Origin: an uncultured bacterium
GTDB taxonomy: Bacteria; Hydrothermota; Tepidihabitantia; Tepidihabitantales; Tepidihabitantaceae
Length of the DNA: 64,000 bases
Direction of reading: 5' to 3'
NCBI GenBank assembly: GCA_964626075.1
Contig: CAZVDD010000018.1
Span: forward strand, 18,189 to 82,188
The notes under the pieces are model-generated. The model searched no databases, was not told where the DNA came from, and saw nothing but the letters and a program-made list of their open reading frames with translations. Shown piece after piece: positions 27,137-37,541 of this stretch. How positions within the stretch are numbered: the first letter of the stretch is position 1; every line of letters starts with the position of its first letter. Position numbers and translations under genes: made by a program.

Positions 27137-28351
27137 TTGGAAGTTGCGGTTAAATCGCCCAAAGAGTGGTTAAGGGAAATCGAAGTAGAAATTGAACCGG
27201 AAAGGCTAAAATCCCGAATCGAAGGGCTACTCGAAGAGTACCGGGGGCGTGCCGAAGTGCCGGGTTTCCGTCGTGGCCGCGTTCCCAAGTATATTATGGA
27301 ACGCCGCTTCGGCTCTGCCCTTGAATCTGCGGCAGTAGAAGAAATTGTTGAGCAAACCTTAACTGCCGCGCTGGAAAAACATTCCATCAAACCCGCTTCC
27401 CGCGTGCAATTTCTTGACCTTGAAGTTGCGCCGGATAAAACAATTCGCTTTCGAGCCGCAGTCGAAGTGGTGCCCGAGTTCGAACTCCAGCCCTATTTGG
27501 GATTAAACCTCAACCGTCCCACCCCCACCGGATTTGACGAAGAGTTTGAAAAACGAATTGCGGAATTGCGGGAAAAATGTGCTCACTTTCAACCCGTCCC
27601 GCGACCAGCGCAGAATGGTGACTATGTTGTCGTTGACTACACAATTACCGAACAGAACAAAACGCTCGTTGGACCGAAAAACAACGTAACCTTACAGGTG
27701 GGAAACGAAAATAATCACCCCGAGGTCAACCTGGCGCTGCTCGATGTTAAACCGGGAGACGAACGCCAGGCAATAATCACATTCCCTACTGACCACGAGG
27801 ATAAAACGCTCGCCGGCCGAACAATAACCTACCAGTTTACTGTCCGGGCGGTAAGAGAAAAACACCTGCCCGAGATTACTGATGAGTTTGCTGCCGATTT
27901 GGGATTTGAAAATCTTGACGCCCTCCGTCAGGCGATAAACAACGAAATCCTTGCCGAGCGGGAGGAACAGGTTGAGGACGAGTTAAAACGTCAGGTTATC
28001 GACCAGCTTGTTGCTGCCCACAACTTCGAACCTCCCCAATCCTGGGTTGAAGAACACATCACCCGGTTACGGCAACAGTTGAATTTACCCGACACCCCCG
28101 AAATACGCGATAAAATACTGCCCGTTGCCATTCGCTCCGCAAAGTTCGACTGTATCGTGATGCGCATTGCCGCCCAAGAAAACATTGAGGTCAGCGATGA
28201 AGATATCAAAGAGCAGGTTGCGGAAATTGCCCGCTCCACTGGTCGAAATTCCGAGGAAATCGCACCCCTGGTCGACACCGCTTCCTACCGCTTTTACACC
28301 CTCCAGCGCAAGGTTCTACGCCTTATCCTTGACCGGGCAAACATCAAATGA
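27137..28351 (+). CDS. tig: Trigger factor
   Basis: 404 aa with trigger-factor N-terminal signature GFRRGRVPKYIMERRFG; TTG start; tig-clpP-clpX synteny. Confidence 0.88.
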   Translation: MEVAVKSPKEWLREIEVEIEPERLKSRIEGLLEEYRGRAEVPGFRRGRVPKYIMERRFGSALESAAVEEIVEQTLTAALEKHSIKPASRVQFLDLEVAPDKTIRFRAAVEVVPEFELQPYLGLNLNRPTPTGFDEEFEKRIAELREKCAHFQPVPRPAQNGDYVVVDYTITEQNKTLVGPKNNVTLQVGNENNHPEVNLALLDVKPGDERQAIITFPTDHEDKTLAGRTITYQFTVRAVREKHLPEITDEFAADLGFENLDALRQAINNEILAEREEQVEDELKRQVIDQLVAAHNFEPPQSWVEEHITRLRQQLNLPDTPEIRDKILPVAIRSAKFDCIVMRIAAQENIEVSDEDIKEQVAEIARSTGRNSEEIAPLVDTASYRFYTLQRKVLRLILDRANIK

Positions 28352-28384
28352 ATCAAACCACCAAATCCGATAGTCAAATACTAA

Positions 28385-29011
28385 ATGGCTGAAAAGTTAA
28401 AAAGTCAGGAAACCGAGGAGGTCCCTGTGTTAGTTCCAATGGTAATTGAACAAACGGGCCGGGGCGAACGAGCCTACGACATCTACTCCCGGCTTTTGAA
28501 AGAACGAATCATCTTTTTGGGGCAACCGGTTGACGACACCGTCGCCAATCTCGTAGTTGCCCAGTTGCTCTATCTTGAAGCTGAGGACCCGGAAAAAGAT
28601 GTCTTCCTTTACATCAACTCTCCGGGCGGCGTTGTCTCTTCAGGGTTGGCAATCTACGACACAATGCAGTATATCAGGCCTAAAGTCTCAACCATCTGTG
28701 TTGGCGAAGCGGCGTCAATCGCTGCCCTGTTACTCGCTGCCGGTGAAAAAGGTAAACGGTTTGCCCTGCCCCGTTCCCGGATGATGATTCATCAGCCCGC
28801 GGCTTACGGCTTGAGTGGTCAGGCAACCGATATCGAAATCCATGCCCGGGAACTGGTTCGGGCAAAGGAAACTCTTGCCGAAATCCTGGCGAAACACACC
28901 GGCCAACCGATGGATAAAATCCTTAAAGACACTGACCGCAACTTCTTTATGTCCGCCACCGAAGCGAAAGAATACGGCCTGATTGATGAGGTAATTGAGA
29001 AAAGAAAATGA
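28385..29011 (+). CDS. clpP: ATP-dependent Clp protease proteolytic subunit
   Basis: [12 protein letters not shown]...[19 protein letters not shown]...MIHQP catalytic-triad motifs. Confidence 0.92.
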   Translation: MAEKLKSQETEEVPVLVPMVIEQTGRGERAYDIYSRLLKERIIFLGQPVDDTVANLVVAQLLYLEAEDPEKDVFLYINSPGGVVSSGLAIYDTMQYIRPKVSTICVGEAASIAALLLAAGEKGKRFALPRSRMMIHQPAAYGLSGQATDIEIHARELVRAKETLAEILAKHTGQPMDKILKDTDRNFFMSATEAKEYGLIDEVIEKRK

Positions 29012-30258
29012 GTTCCCGCCACCGCCCGGTAAAAAAGAAAATACCTGAAACCTGTTCCTTTTGTGGCACGCCGGAAACTGCTACCAGTCGCCTCGTTCGG
29101 GGCCGCAACGGTTTGATATGTGAACAGTGTGCCCGGCTTGCGGTTGACCTTTTTGAAGAACGCGAAGCCGTACTTGAACCACTAAAGCAACTACCCAAGC
29201 CCGCTGCAATCAAAGCCTATCTTGACGAGTTTGTCATTGGGCAGGAGTACGCCAAAAAGGTTTTGTCCGTTGCGGTGTACAATCATTACAAACGCATCAC
29301 CGCGCGGCGCGACGCCCCACAACTGGATAAAAGCAACATTCTGCTTATTGGGCCGACCGGCGTTGGTAAAACTTTACTCGCGGAAACCCTTGCCCGTTTC
29401 CTGAAAGTACCATTTTCCATCTCGGACGCAACACCTTTAACTGAAGCCGGTTATGTAGGCGAGGATGTAGAAAACATCCTGTTGCGCCTTCTTCAGGCCG
29501 CGCGGGGCAATATCGCTCAGGCAGAAATTGGTATCGTCTACATTGATGAAATTGATAAAATTGGCCGCAAAGCCGACTCACCCTCAATCACCCGTGATGT
29601 TTCCGGTGAAGGTGTGCAGCAGGCGCTGCTTAAAATCCTCGAAGGAACAATTGCCAATGTCCCACCCCAGGGCGGCAGAAAACACCCGGAACAGCAGTTT
29701 ATTCCGATAAATACCCGCAATATTCTTTTCATCTGTGGTGGCACATTTGAAGGCCTGGATAAAATCATAGCACGCCGGGTCCGTACCACTTCGGTCGGTT
29801 TTGGCGCTACGGTCAGTAGCAACCGATTGCAGAATGCTGATGAACTTCTGCCCCTGGTACAACCGGACGATTTGATTAAATTCGGTCTCATTCCCGAATT
29901 TGTCGGCCGACTACCAGTTATCGCTCCTTTGCACAGCCTTTCGCGCGCCGCGCTGATCGAAATCCTGACAAAACCGCGCAACGCCCTACTCCATCAGTAC
30001 TCCTACTTCTTTGAACTGGAAGGGGTAAAACTGACCTTCACACCTGAAGCCCTGACAGCGGTTGCTGACCGGGCACTCGAACTGCGTACCGGCGCCCGGG
30101 GATTACGTGCCGTTCTTGAAGAAACAATGCTGGACATAATGTTCGAACTGCCCAACAAAGAAAATGTAATTGAGTGCATCATCACCCCCGAAGTCATTGC
30201 CCAAAAAAAGCCCCCGGAATACATCTATAGTCGAACCGCGCTGCGCCGCGCCCAGTAA
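29008..30258 (+). CDS. clpX: ATP-dependent Clp protease ATP-binding subunit ClpX
   Basis: N-terminal C4 zinc finger (CSFCG...CEQC), Walker A GPTGVGKT, 416 aa. Confidence 0.92.
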   Translation: MSSRHRPVKKKIPETCSFCGTPETATSRLVRGRNGLICEQCARLAVDLFEEREAVLEPLKQLPKPAAIKAYLDEFVIGQEYAKKVLSVAVYNHYKRITARRDAPQLDKSNILLIGPTGVGKTLLAETLARFLKVPFSISDATPLTEAGYVGEDVENILLRLLQAARGNIAQAEIGIVYIDEIDKIGRKADSPSITRDVSGEGVQQALLKILEGTIANVPPQGGRKHPEQQFIPINTRNILFICGGTFEGLDKIIARRVRTTSVGFGATVSSNRLQNADELLPLVQPDDLIKFGLIPEFVGRLPVIAPLHSLSRAALIEILTKPRNALLHQYSYFFELEGVKLTFTPEALTAVADRALELRTGARGLRAVLEETMLDIMFELPNKENVIECIITPEVIAQKKPPEYIYSRTALRRAQ

Positions 30259-30317
30259 AAACAAATACCCTCAATAAACTCCCCTACCACCCTTACAACC
30301 GTCCCAAGTACTGTGGT

Positions 30318-30356
30318 TGGGCATGCCCCGGGCGGGCGTAAACCCGTTCTTTTCCG
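30318..30356 (+). terminator. Putative intrinsic terminator downstream of clpX
   Basis: GGGCATGCCC palindrome and CGGG...CCCG stem followed by TTCTTTTCC. Confidence 0.35.
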
Positions 30357-30477
30357 TCCTCCTATCTACCTGCTAAATCCGCCTACTTAAAACTCATTTA
30401 AAATTACACCGTTAATTTTTCCTCAATTCGGGCTCATAACGGTCAGATAGAAGCAAAGTGTAAAAAAGGAGGTAATA

Positions 30478-30843
30478 ATGGCCGATGTTACAAAAAGGAT
30501 AGAAAGATGGCGTATCAAAACCGAACCGGATGAAGTTTGTGCCCGACTAAAACGGCTCCGCCCAGCAATGGAAAATCGGCAGGAAAACCAGCAGAAACTG
30601 CTAGTTGAAATTGAAACCAAAGCAAAACAGGTCCTCGATTCGGCAAATGTACCAACGATGCTTTATCCATTTTATCTTAACTTTGCCCGGGAAATCTACT
30701 CCCGGCGCCGGCGCTTCTCCGGTCCTTCTCTTGCCCGCGAAATCGCAGTTTTGCTGGAAAAATGGGTGGGAAGAACCCTGGAACGGGAGGTCCTCGAACG
30801 CATTCGCGATGAGGCACTTTCTGTCCCCGCTCCCGAGCCTTAA
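30478..30843 (+). CDS. Hypothetical protein (121 aa)
   Basis: ORF preceded by AAGGAGGT Shine-Dalgarno; charged, helical-looking sequence with no recognisable motif. Confidence 0.45.
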   Translation: MADVTKRIERWRIKTEPDEVCARLKRLRPAMENRQENQQKLLVEIETKAKQVLDSANVPTMLYPFYLNFAREIYSRRRRFSGPSLAREIAVLLEKWVGRTLEREVLERIRDEALSVPAPEP

Positions 30844-30919
30844 ATCACTACCGGTGGGTAAGAGAAAAAAATAGACCAGCAACCCAGCGGTTACTGGTCT
30901 ATATCTAATGCCGTATTAA

Positions 30920-31654
30920 CTACTCTTCCGGCTCAAACTGGTCCTTGCTCGCGCCACAAACCGGGCAGACCCACTCTGGAGGTAAACTCTCAAAAGGTGT
31001 ACCAGCCGGTACCCCGTTGTCCGGGTCACCTTCTGCCGGGTCGTAAACATAACCGCAAACTGTGCAAACATAGCGTTGCATCTTGCTCTCCTTTGTTTTA
31101 CTCTCTTTACTAACTCCCGCCAACCTTTCCTGCTCTTTTTGCGGCTGATAGGTCGGCGCGCCCTTACCGGTTTTCCCCTTCTTAACCTCGTGATAATAGG
31201 CATAAGTGAGCGGTTCACCCTGCTTCACCCATTTTGCCATCACCACTTCACCGACAAATTGCGTATGGGTCACACAGTCTACCTTTTCCCGCACCCTTGC
31301 CTCCATGACCACAATCGCATGCTCGGTAATCAGTGGTACACCGGTTTCGCCCCTCTCGTAACTAAGCCCTTCAAACTTGTTCACATCTCGACCGGAGCGA
31401 AAACCAAATCGGCCGATAAACTCAATAGGTGTCTCTTTTTCGAGAACGGTCACCGCAAATACCCCGCTCTTTTGAATCAATTCATGGGTAAAACTCGCCT
31501 TGTTGATCGCCACCGTAACCAGACACGGTTCCAGCGCCACCTGAACAACGGTATTCACCGTCAATCCATTGATTTGCTCTCCCGCCCGGCTCGTAACAAT
31601 GTAAAGACCGTAGGTTAAACTATTCAGGGCACTTAAATCGACTTTTCCCGCCAT
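30920..31654 (-). CDS. Flavin reductase-like domain fused to C-terminal rubredoxin (high-molecular-weight rubredoxin, Hrb-like)
   Basis: N-terminal flavin-reductase fold ([20 protein letters not shown]...); C-terminal [15 protein letters not shown]...[14 protein letters not shown] rubredoxin. Confidence 0.75.
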   Translation of the reverse strand: MAGKVDLSALNSLTYGLYIVTSRAGEQINGLTVNTVVQVALEPCLVTVAINKASFTHELIQKSGVFAVTVLEKETPIEFIGRFGFRSGRDVNKFEGLSYERGETGVPLITEHAIVVMEARVREKVDCVTHTQFVGEVVMAKWVKQGEPLTYAYYHEVKKGKTGKGAPTYQPQKEQERLAGVSKESKTKESKMQRYVCTVCGYVYDPAEGDPDNGVPAGTPFESLPPEWVCPVCGASKDQFEPEE

Positions 31655-32854
31655 TTATACTCCCCTTTCTGTTAACCTTTCTGCCACAGTATAACCCAGT
31701 TCCCGGGCTTTGCCCAGCGCTACTTTGTCCGGTACATATTTCACGCGCAAGGGCTCTGCCACCAGTTCCACGCCCATTTCTTTCAACCAATCAGCGAGAA
31801 TTGAAACCGCTTCACCGCTCCAGCCATAAGAACCAAAAATCGCACCCAATTTGTTTTTAGGTTTAAGTCCCTTAATATAAGTAAGCACGTCGGCAACCGT
31901 AGGGAAGATGTTATTGTTCAGAGTTGGTGAACCAAACACGATAGCACCGGCATCGAGAATCTCGGTCACCACATCACTGCGGTCATTGGCCCGCAACCGC
32001 ATAACCTTTGTTTCAATACCCTTCTCCGCAAGCGCATCTCCAATCACCCTTGCCAGGATATCGGTACTTCCCCACATCGTATCGTACACCACAACCGCCT
32101 TCCTTTTCGGTTTCTGTTCGGCCCATTCCTGATACCAAGAGACAACCTGCATCGGGTCCTTGCGCCAGATCGGTCCGTGGTCTGGTGCAATGATATCAAT
32201 CGGCAACCGCAACTGACGAATGCGCTCAACAAGTTTCAACACCAGCGCCGAGTACGGCAAAAGGATATTCGCATAGTATTTCGCCCCTTCGTACCTCAGT
32301 GTTTCATAATTCAATTCGTCGGCAAACCGCGCGCCTGTTGCCCAATGCATCCCAAAACCATCCTGCGAAAATAGCAACCGCTCTTCAACGAGATAACTGA
32401 CCATACTGTCGGGCCAGTGCAGCATCCTTGTTTCCAAAAAGTTCAGGGTTAGCGAACCGAGACTCAGCGCGTCACCATCTTTAACCGGAATTAACTCCTG
32501 CTCAAAGTGGAAGTGTTCCTTTAACGCCTTAACACCCATCACCGAGGCGAAAACCTTATTCGGTTTAACCACCTCAATTATCGCCGGTAAGGCACCAGAA
32601 TGGTCCATCTCAGCGTGATTGGAAACGATATAATCGATTTTCTCGGGACTGATGACCGACGCAATCCGGCTGAGAAGTTCGTCTTTAAAGGGCGCCTTCA
32701 CGGTATCAATCAGCGTCACTTTATCAGCGATGATAAGATAAGCGTTGTAGGTGGTACCTCGATTTGTCGAATAGCCATGAAAATCTCTTACCGCCCAGTC
32801 AATCGCTCCCACCCAGTAAACCCGGTCGCTGATTTGAACCGCCCTATACTCCAT
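31655..32854 (-). CDS. fprA: Flavodiiron protein (FprA / rubredoxin:oxygen oxidoreductase family)
   Basis: Metallo-beta-lactamase-like diiron domain with HAEMDH motif followed by flavodoxin-like domain; 399 aa. Confidence 0.85.
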   Translation of the reverse strand: MEYRAVQISDRVYWVGAIDWAVRDFHGYSTNRGTTYNAYLIIADKVTLIDTVKAPFKDELLSRIASVISPEKIDYIVSNHAEMDHSGALPAIIEVVKPNKVFASVMGVKALKEHFHFEQELIPVKDGDALSLGSLTLNFLETRMLHWPDSMVSYLVEERLLFSQDGFGMHWATGARFADELNYETLRYEGAKYYANILLPYSALVLKLVERIRQLRLPIDIIAPDHGPIWRKDPMQVVSWYQEWAEQKPKRKAVVVYDTMWGSTDILARVIGDALAEKGIETKVMRLRANDRSDVVTEILDAGAIVFGSPTLNNNIFPTVADVLTYIKGLKPKNKLGAIFGSYGWSGEAVSILADWLKEMGVELVAEPLRVKYVPDKVALGKARELGYTVAERLTERGV

Positions 32855-32872
32855 AAGATGCTCCGTTAAAAA

Positions 32873-33418
32873 CTAAGGGTTCGCCCCGGTACCCTGAGCG
32901 TAGAAAGCGGCAAGCTCGGGCGGCAGTACAAAGGTACGCTGACCGAGTTCCCGGTCCAGCATCAAAATTCCGCGCCCGTCACTGCCCACCAACTTTAAGT
33001 CCTGGGCGATTTTCAAAGTGCTTTCCTCCTCCTCAATCTGCTCATCCACAAACCACTGGAGCAAACTGTTGGAAGCGAAATCACCCTCGTTCTGGGCGAG
33101 TCTCACCAGTTCGTGAATTGTGCCGGTGATAAACTTCTCGTGCTCGTAAGCCGCTTGAAAAGCCGCCTGCGGTGAATCCCATTTTTCACCTAAAACGCTC
33201 AGCGGTTGAAGCTTCACCTCACCCCCGCGCTCTAATATGTGCTTAAAAAAACGCATCGCATGGGTCAACTCTTCCTGCACCTGTGCCCGCATCCAGCGCG
33301 CCATTCCGGGAAAACCGGCTTCGTCAAAATAGGCTGCCATAGCAAGGTAGAGGTACGCCGACTCCAGTTCGTGTTTAATTTGCCTGTTAAAGGCTTCCTC
33401 AATCTTTTTGGGGATCAT
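32873..33418 (-). CDS. ftn: Ferritin-like protein (non-haem ferritin)
   Basis: MIPKKIEEAFNRQIKHELESAYLYLAMAAYFDE... ferritin diiron ligands (E...ExxH); the track's upstream start at 33439 is unlikely. Confidence 0.8.
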   Translation of the reverse strand: MIPKKIEEAFNRQIKHELESAYLYLAMAAYFDEAGFPGMARWMRAQVQEELTHAMRFFKHILERGGEVKLQPLSVLGEKWDSPQAAFQAAYEHEKFITGTIHELVRLAQNEGDFASNSLLQWFVDEQIEEEESTLKIAQDLKLVGSDGRGILMLDRELGQRTFVLPPELAAFYAQGTGANP

Positions 33419-33423
33419 AACAG

Positions 33424-33801
33424 TCAGACTCCTTTCCACAAACTATGAATATTGCAGTACTCCCGGGCATAAACCGTTTTTGCCTCAACCGAGAAAAACG
33501 CCTCAGGTTTATCTCCCGGGTAAAGAAACTGCCGATAAGCACGCTCATCTGCTATCAGCTCTATCCATTCGATATAATGCTTCTCCTCCATGGGATGGGG
33601 CACGCTGCCGACTTTGACCAGATAACCCTGAGCGGTTTTTTCAATTACCGGCACATGCTTCTCTTTTGCCGCATCGGTTGTATTTTCAATTAGAAGTTTC
33701 ATCGGCTGACCGCAACAGACCAGTTGGCCTGCGCCGCCCTGAAGAACTTCCACAATATTTCCGCAAACTTCGCACTTATAAATCTCTAATTTCTTAGCCA
33801 T
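33424..33801 (-). CDS. dfx: Desulfoferrodoxin (2Fe superoxide reductase)
   Basis: N-terminal desulforedoxin motif CEVCGN...CCG; SOR domain with HVPVIE...H...C. Confidence 0.85.
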   Translation of the reverse strand: MAKKLEIYKCEVCGNIVEVLQGGAGQLVCCGQPMKLLIENTTDAAKEKHVPVIEKTAQGYLVKVGSVPHPMEEKHYIEWIELIADERAYRQFLYPGDKPEAFFSVEAKTVYAREYCNIHSLWKGV

Positions 33802-33821
33802 TTATACCTCCTTTTTATTTT

Positions 33822-34127
33822 TTACTTTATCAATCTGCTATCCACACCGGTGAGACCGCACTCCGGTATGTAGCAGGTAACATCAACAAACTGGCACCGC
33901 TGTCCGCAGGCCGGACACACATCCGGGGGCGTAACCGCCTGCAAGACATAATGGCAACTGGAGCAACTCCAGTAAGGCGCATTCTCGGCAACCCTTTGCT
34001 CTCCCTGTTTCTCACCGGCTCTTTGCATCGTTTTATTGCAACACACCAGAGAACCGCCACCTTTGTGGACCAGTTCAACTATTTGACCACATACGCTGCA
34101 ACTGTACACTGTTGGCTCGTTTTTCAT
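33822..34127 (-). CDS. Desulforedoxin-like domain fused to a second Cys4 zinc-ribbon/rubredoxin-like domain (small metalloprotein)
   Basis: CSVCGQIVELVHKGGGSLVCC (Dx-type) followed by WSCSSCHY...CPACGQRC; 101 aa. Confidence 0.6.
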   Translation of the reverse strand: MKNEPTVYSCSVCGQIVELVHKGGGSLVCCNKTMQRAGEKQGEQRVAENAPYWSCSSCHYVLQAVTPPDVCPACGQRCQFVDVTCYIPECGLTGVDSRLIK

Positions 34128-34141
34128 GTATCAATCTCCTT

Positions 34142-34660
34142 TCATTTCAGTTTACGAACCGCATCAAGCACCGCCTCATAATCCGGCTCCCTCCCGGCCT
34201 CAGAAACAAGCTGGATGTATCGAATCACGCCGGCGCGGTCAACAACAAATACTGCCCGGGCAAGAAGCCGTAACTCTTTTATCAGCACACCGTACGCTTT
34301 GCCAAAAGAGGCATCTCGATGGTCCGAAGCGGTTATCACCCGCTCTACACCGGCAGCGCCACACCACCGTTTTTGAGCAAAAGGTAAATCCATACTCACC
34401 ACTAACACCGTGACATCTTCATCTAAATTAGCCGCTTCTTTGTTGAACTTTCGCACTTCAAGGTCACACACCGGCGTATCAAGTGATGGAACCGAAAGGA
34501 TTACTAAGTTTTTTCCCTTGAACTGCGCGCGGGTTATCGGCTTCATATCGTTATCGATTAAAGAAAAATCGGGCGCAATTTGCCCAATTTCAAGTTTCGG
34601 ACCGACAAGAGTTACCGGATTGCCCTGAACTGTTACTTCACCTTTGCGCTCTTCCATCAC
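34142..34660 (-). CDS. tpx: Thiol peroxidase (Tpx, atypical 2-Cys peroxiredoxin)
   Basis: [13 protein letters not shown] peroxidatic Cys motif; 172 aa. Confidence 0.85.
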   Translation of the reverse strand: MMEERKGEVTVQGNPVTLVGPKLEIGQIAPDFSLIDNDMKPITRAQFKGKNLVILSVPSLDTPVCDLEVRKFNKEAANLDEDVTVLVVSMDLPFAQKRWCGAAGVERVITASDHRDASFGKAYGVLIKELRLLARAVFVVDRAGVIRYIQLVSEAGREPDYEAVLDAVRKLK

Positions 34661-35229
34661 CAGTTCTCCCCTAAAAGTTCAAAATAAGCCTGGGGATGGG
34701 CACAGGAAGGACAAATTTCCGGCGCTTCGGTTCCCTCATGAATATAGCCGCAGTTAATACAGCGCCATACTACGGGCTTTTCCCGTCGAAAAACCCGACC
34801 GTTCTCAATGTTTGCCTTCAGCGCCTGATAGCGCTTTTCGTGCTGCTTTTCTGCAACCGCAATCGACCGGAAAATCGCCGCAATGTTGCTGAACCCCTCC
34901 TCTTCGGCAATTTGAGCAAATGTCGGATACATTTCCGTCCACTCATAGTGCTCGCCGCTCGCTGCCTCTTTTAGATTCTCGGCCGTAGTGCCAATAACAC
35001 CGGCAGGAAAAGATGCTTGGATTTCAACATTACCGCCCTCAAGTAGTTTAAAAAGGCGCTTGGCATGTTCTTTTTCCTGATTTGCTGTCTCCTCAAAAAT
35101 CTGCGCAATCTGAATATAACCCTCATCCCGTGCTTTACTGGCAAAATATGTATATCGATTACGTGCTTGCGATTCACCGGCGAAAGCGGTCAGGATATTT
35201 TTTTCTGTTTTGCTGCCTTTTAGTTGCAT
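34657..35229 (-). CDS. rbr: Rubrerythrin
   Basis: Ferritin-like diiron domain with ExxH motifs plus C-terminal rubredoxin-like CINCGY...CPSC. Confidence 0.88.
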   Translation of the reverse strand: MQLKGSKTEKNILTAFAGESQARNRYTYFASKARDEGYIQIAQIFEETANQEKEHAKRLFKLLEGGNVEIQASFPAGVIGTTAENLKEAASGEHYEWTEMYPTFAQIAEEEGFSNIAAIFRSIAVAEKQHEKRYQALKANIENGRVFRREKPVVWRCINCGYIHEGTEAPEICPSCAHPQAYFELLGENW

Positions 35230-35311
35230 TATACCTCCTTTTATTATTTATCTTCTTCTATTTTAGACCATAGTTGAACCCAACAAGATTCTACTCTCTA
35301 CTTACTAATTT

Positions 35312-36055
35312 TTACTTAAATAGTCTCAATCGAAAATACCTTTCCGGATGAGCTTTCAGGTCTGCAATCAGTTCCTGTATCTGATTATTGGTCTTCAACA
35401 ACTCATCATAGAGTTCCGATGAAGTCAAAATTTTCTTTGCTGTAGACTCTTCATTCAGCAGTAGGACCATACTATCAATAACGTTGCTCAACCGAGTAAG
35501 ACTTTTGTTGGTATTTGCAAACTCAGTATCAAAACCCGCCAGCCGGGAAGCGATAATCTGCAGTAACTCATCTCTTGTCCGGCGCAACTCCTCAGTCAGG
35601 ATATCAGGATTTAATTCTTTTAAAATTCGGTCCAGGCGGGCAACGGTTGTTTCCAGGTCAAGAACCTCATTCACCCCCCGGAATATATCGTTATCCTTGG
35701 CATCAGGACCAGTACCTGGTGTTACCGCCAGATAACGGTCACTGCCAAGATAAGAAAGGGAACGAATCGCAAACCGTGTATCCTGGGTCAAAGGAACATC
35801 TCGTTCCAACCCTACTGAAACCTCAACCCCTTTTTTCCCTTCGAGCCTCAGCCCGACTACTTTTCCTTTTGTTATCCCCAAAACATCTACTCGGTCCCCC
35901 ACCCTCAACCCGGCGACATCATTAAAGTAAACCCGTACAACCTTCAGCCGTCGATGCCACGACCTCCCGGAAAACCAGAAATAACCCAATATTCCCAGAA
36001 CAATTCCGGTTAAAACAAAAATTGTTACAAGTAAATCACGCAACTGACGGCTCAT
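35312..36055 (-). CDS. mlaD: MlaD-like MCE-domain periplasmic protein
   Basis: N-terminal transmembrane anchor plus MCE domain; downstream of mlaE/mlaF. Confidence 0.75.
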   Translation of the reverse strand: MSRQLRDLLVTIFVLTGIVLGILGYFWFSGRSWHRRLKVVRVYFNDVAGLRVGDRVDVLGITKGKVVGLRLEGKKGVEVSVGLERDVPLTQDTRFAIRSLSYLGSDRYLAVTPGTGPDAKDNDIFRGVNEVLDLETTVARLDRILKELNPDILTEELRRTRDELLQIIASRLAGFDTEFANTNKSLTRLSNVIDSMVLLLNEESTAKKILTSSELYDELLKTNNQIQELIADLKAHPERYFRLRLFK

Positions 36056-36734
36056 AGTCCTCCTTCCTTATATCTTGAGCCGGGAATAACCGATTTTCTC
36101 GCAACAGATAAAACCGCTCACCTAACTCCCGGGCAATATCCAGGTCGTGGGTCACAATCACAGCGGTTCTTTTCTGTTCGTTAAAAACTTCAAAAATCAA
36201 TCGGCAAATTCGGTCGCGACTTGCCGGGTCAAGCCCTGAAGTCGGCTCATCAAAAAAGAGATAGGAAGGCTCAACCACTAACGCTCGGGCAATTGCCACC
36301 AGCCGCGTCATTCCCCCGGAAAGTTCCTGAACCCGCAGCGTTGCCGCCTTTTCCATCCCAACCTGAGCAAGTACCCGATTAACCCGCGCTTCAACCTCTT
36401 TCACCGTCAAATTACTCCTTTCTCGCAAAGGTAAAGCGACATTATCCGCCACGGTTAAAGAATCAAAAAGCGCTCCATTTTGAAAAACAAATCCTATCTT
36501 TTGCAGTATTTCGCCATTGTCGGCAAACAGCCCGTAATCTAAAATTTGTCCCGAGTAACTTACCTGTCCTGAATCCGGCACGATCAAACCTGCCATAATC
36601 TTCAGAAGGACCGTTTTACCGACGCCCGAACGACCAAGCACAACAACCCGTGTCTGTTCGGGAATCTCGATATCGATATTATCAAGAATCAATTGACCCC
36701 GTAAACGCTTTGTCACCTTCTCTAATTTTATCAT
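36036..36734 (-). CDS. mlaF: ABC transporter ATP-binding protein (MlaF-like)
   Basis: Walker A GRSGVGKT, signature LSGGM, Walker B LFFDEP. Confidence 0.85.
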   Translation of the reverse strand: MIKLEKVTKRLRGQLILDNIDIEIPEQTRVVVLGRSGVGKTVLLKIMAGLIVPDSGQVSYSGQILDYGLFADNGEILQKIGFVFQNGALFDSLTVADNVALPLRERSNLTVKEVEARVNRVLAQVGMEKAATLRVQELSGGMTRLVAIARALVVEPSYLFFDEPTSGLDPASRDRICRLIFEVFNEQKRTAVIVTHDLDIARELGERFYLLRENRLFPAQDIRKEDYEPSVA

Positions 36735-37468
36735 CGGGAAAACATCATTACCGCAATCACGAAATCAAAAAAGAGAATCAAAATTCCCGCCCATACAACC
36801 GCTCGCGTCGTTGCCCTCCCCACCTCTTGCGCACCGCCTTCGGCGTTAAATCCAAAGTAACAACCGCTGGCGCCAATAAACAATCCAAAGATAATCGCTT
36901 TGATTATGCCGCCAACAAAGTCTCGCGCCTGAACAAAATGAGTCAAACCGTAAACAAATGTATCCTGGGTTACACCCACGAAGCCCGCCACAACAACGGC
37001 AGTTAACGACGCAACAATCTCCATTATCACCACCAGGATAGGCAGACTGACCGCTGCGGCAATTATCCGCGGTTGACATAGAAAACGGTAAGGGTCGATA
37101 CCCATAACCCGCAACGCATCGATCTGGTCTGAATTCCGCATCGCCCCAATCTCCGCCGCCATCGCTGAGGCAGAACGACTGGCAAAAATAAATGCCGAAA
37201 AAACCGGACCGAGTTCGATAAGTAACATTCTGCCAACACCCATACCAATAAAATAGCGCGGCACAATTCCTAAAAGTTGATAACTGGTCTGGACCGCAGT
37301 TGTTAACCCCACAAATAAACTCGCCAGAATCACAATCGGCACGGCACCGACACCAAAATTGTATATCTGCTCAACAATTCGGGGTAGCGTGCGCCTTAAA
37401 TCCCTCGGCAATGTCAAACTCCGGCCCAGAAAAATTACGAAATCAAATGCATCGGTAAAAGCCCTCAT
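36731..37468 (-). CDS. mlaE: ABC transporter permease (MlaE-like)
   Basis: 245 aa, MlaE/YrbE family hydrophobic profile and conserved RVMGIDP motif. Confidence 0.8.
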   Translation of the reverse strand: MRAFTDAFDFVIFLGRSLTLPRDLRRTLPRIVEQIYNFGVGAVPIVILASLFVGLTTAVQTSYQLLGIVPRYFIGMGVGRMLLIELGPVFSAFIFASRSASAMAAEIGAMRNSDQIDALRVMGIDPYRFLCQPRIIAAAVSLPILVVIMEIVASLTAVVVAGFVGVTQDTFVYGLTHFVQARDFVGGIIKAIIFGLFIGASGCYFGFNAEGGAQEVGRATTRAVVWAGILILFFDFVIAVMMFSR

Positions 37469-37541
37469 AGAAAAATATTATTGCTACCCGGCATCCTGTC
37501 AATTTACAGATTAGCCTGAGTTAATGCGGCTGTTAATAAAA

